A program made the translations under genes and the position numbers. Below are positions 10,521-12,271 of a DNA stretch of 12,271 nt, one piece after another. The stretch's first letter is position 1; the number at the start of each line of letters is the position of its first letter. The notes under the pieces are model-generated. The model saw only the letters and a list, made by a program, of their open reading frames with translations. It had not been told where the DNA came from and did no database searches. Source of the DNA: Selaginella moellendorffii (Eukaryota; Plantae; Lycopodiophyta); contig NW_003314269.1 in the NCBI RefSeq assembly GCF_000143415.4, positions 72,400-84,670 of the forward strand, written 5' to 3'.

Positions 10521-10925
10521 GTTCAAGTGTTATTAATTTGGACTTTGCATCTGCACTTGGACAGACGAGCATAAGACAAGAATTCCTAAGTGTCGATTTA
10601 GCCAAGCATACTTGGCCTGGCTTGTTAGTTCTCTTTTGCTCTGTTTTGCACTGGCTTGACAAGAACCCTTACGTATTGAGATTGGTCCCTCAATATCACT
10701 GGATGATAGCTTACCGTGTCTGCCAAACACCCTCGCTATCATGCCCTTTGTGTTAGTCTCATTCCAGTCTCAAATGCTATTTATGGAAAGTGTCTAAATT
10801 TGCTCATTTGGCATATCTACGGAATGTAGAGATCGGCCTGAACACAATGGTGTTCGTCCCGTGTCCAAATTCAAAATCTAGCGCTATTCTATATTTAATA
10901 AGTTTCAAGCTTGTTCCAGAGACTA

Positions 10926-10938
10926 ACTCCTGATACTA
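10926..10938 (-). other. Decayed tRNA-iMet PBS of the Copia-like element
   Basis: Minus strand reads TAGTATCAGGAGT versus TGGTATCAGAGC (two transitions and one inserted base), located at a compositional boundary. Confidence 0.5.
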
Positions 10939-10939
10939 A

Positions 10940-11462
10940 GGGAGGCTTGGGGTGAAAGCCCAAAGCGTTTGTTCCCCGGGGGGGGGGAAGGGGCGCTATA
11001 GGGGGTTCCAAACATATAGTAGGGATAGTGGGTAGGTTGGGCATGGCCATCTAACTCCCGCTTGCGTGCCTATCCTTGTTCTACGTCCAGCTTAGGTCTA
11101 ACCCCAAGTTCCATTCCATGCTAGCTGGTGGAGTACCCATGTCCTTGCGTTAGGCCACCGGTATGCCGAAATAATGCCAGACTCTGTTTAGCTCTGTTTT
11201 GTGTGCTGGTCCTGGCAATGGGATGCTGGTTGCTTTAGGACTATTCCAAGTCGCTTCGAGCTCTTGTCCCTTTGCTCCTTGGGTTATATGCTTGGGAGTT
11301 GTTCCGTGGTCCGATTCCATCACCCCTTGGCTCCATGCTTGGGAGTTTGGCATCATTCCTTCGTTCAATGGCCCAAGGCCCTGAACCTTGGGTTCTGCAC
11401 CACTGTCTTTTGGACACGTGGCATGTGACACGTGGCACATGGAGGGTTTAGGTTCTACTTCA
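10940..11462 (-). repeat. Putative 5' LTR of the Copia-like element (or a diverged LTR related to the Gypsy LTR)
   Basis: Abuts the PBS-like site, is more GC-rich than its flanks, contains a TATA-like motif and G-boxes, and shares blocks with the Gypsy LTR. The end at ...CTTCA (11462) is a guess; the TG at 10940 is not intact. Confidence 0.45.
11413..11436. promoter_or_regulatory. Tandem ABRE/G-box motifs GACACGTGGC x2
   Basis: Exact 10-mers at 11413-11422 and 11427-11436. Function untested. Confidence 0.5.
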
Positions 11463-11674
11463 TGGTGTTATCCTATAGTAAATCACCATAGGATAAAGGG
11501 TAAAAACCACGTGCACTACAATATCATATTGGTATGTTAAGACCATTAGTATTTTGGTCCCATTTTTTCAAGACTAAGATATCCGTCCATGAGTGGTCAT
11601 CCCATGACTACACTTTAGCATATTTAGAATCTACATGAGATTCTACATATGTTTAGCTTATAACTCTACATATA

Positions 11675-11720
11675 TGTAGAATCTCATGACTCTATATAGG
11701 TAGAGTCATGAGATTCTACA
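11675..11720. repeat. Perfect 20-bp inverted repeat with 6-nt loop
   Basis: TGTAGAATCTCATGACTCTA-TATAGG-TAGAGTCATGAGATTCTACA. Confidence 0.92.
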
Positions 11721-12271
11721 CATGTAAAGTATTAAATATAAGATTCTACATTTTACTCATAATGAACTAAGCTTTCAAAGAAACTATGACTCTCATGATT
11801 TTCATATTAAATTATAGGGTGGTATAGTCAAAATAAATGAACATAAGTGGGAAATTGCTCCAAACTCCTTAAATTGATATCAAATCTCACATGCAAGAAC
11901 ATGATAGAAAGCTTTGGAGGATATCTATTCAACACATTCAAAAAAGATGAAAATAGTGATAAAAATAGAAAGAATAAGCTCCTCAAAGTTGTAGTTATGT
12001 AATATGCAAAAAAATAGCAATAAAACTCACAATTCTCAGGAATTATCTTGCAAGAAAGGATACTTATGAATGCTAGGAGTGAAAAGAAGAGACCCATAAA
12101 AAAAAAGTTCAAAGAATGCTCAAGAATTGTCACTCTTAAAACTCTAGAACTTAATCGTGACGAGAGAAGAAATAAAAGAGCAAGATAAAGTGAAAGATCT
12201 TTTGACTTTTTGTGTTTTGCTCATCAAAAAATCATTCTTTAAAATGCTCATGACCAGGTATAAATGCTCAC

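Larger units (their letters stand above)
6505..11462 (-). mobile_element. Old decayed Ty1/Copia-like LTR retrotransposon (host of both Gypsy insertions)
   Basis: Minus-strand order: PBS-like site (10938-10926), zinc-knuckle-spaced CYSGYHSAYKSVIC (8304-8263), *PVDSSYPMT (8088-8059; ~WxxDSGASxHMT), SIGTIKI (7868-7848), ECGKANKQSF (7597-7568), EPEVYS*VLS, ELISMLKKKSWS and NIDY (7115-6875). This is the Copia PR-INT-RT order. The right boundary is uncertain. Confidence 0.6.

Noticed and set aside
10978-11005. G-run cluster as PPT or G-quadruplex
   Set aside because: It lies inside the LTR-like block rather than before a TG terminus, and homopolymer length is unreliable.
11828-12133. 101-aa hydrophobic minus-strand ORF
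   Set aside because: F/L/I richness reflects the A-rich plus strand; non-ATG start and no recognisable family.
1-12271. Naming the host species or a specific TE family
   Set aside because: The PBS and methylation pattern indicate a plant, but species or family cannot be established without a database search.

Overview
Eukaryotic, most likely land-plant, heterochromatic DNA made almost entirely of nested LTR-retrotransposon remains. There is no host gene, RNA gene or intact CDS. (1) A + strand Ty3/Gypsy (chromovirus-like) element fills 1-6504: a 5' LTR cut by the window edge and ending at 918, a tRNA-iMet PBS, a 4.15-kb internal region with a 188-N gap carrying a shortened, very decayed PR-RT-RNaseH-INT-chromodomain relic, a PPT, and a complete 1436-bp 3' LTR. 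(2) A 1864-bp solo LTR of the same family lies at 8652-10515 with a perfect CTTTT target-site duplication; it is longer because an internal CCGAG-core tandem array expanded. (3) Both appear inserted into an older minus-strand Ty1/Copia-like relic (decayed PBS, zinc knuckle, PR, INT zinc region, RT start). Its putative LTR (about 10940-11460) shares collinear sequence blocks with the Gypsy LTR, in opposite orientation relative to each element's sense. (4) An AT-rich palindrome cluster lies near 11625-11750. All protein-motif calls come from hand translation through stop codons and need HMM confirmation.
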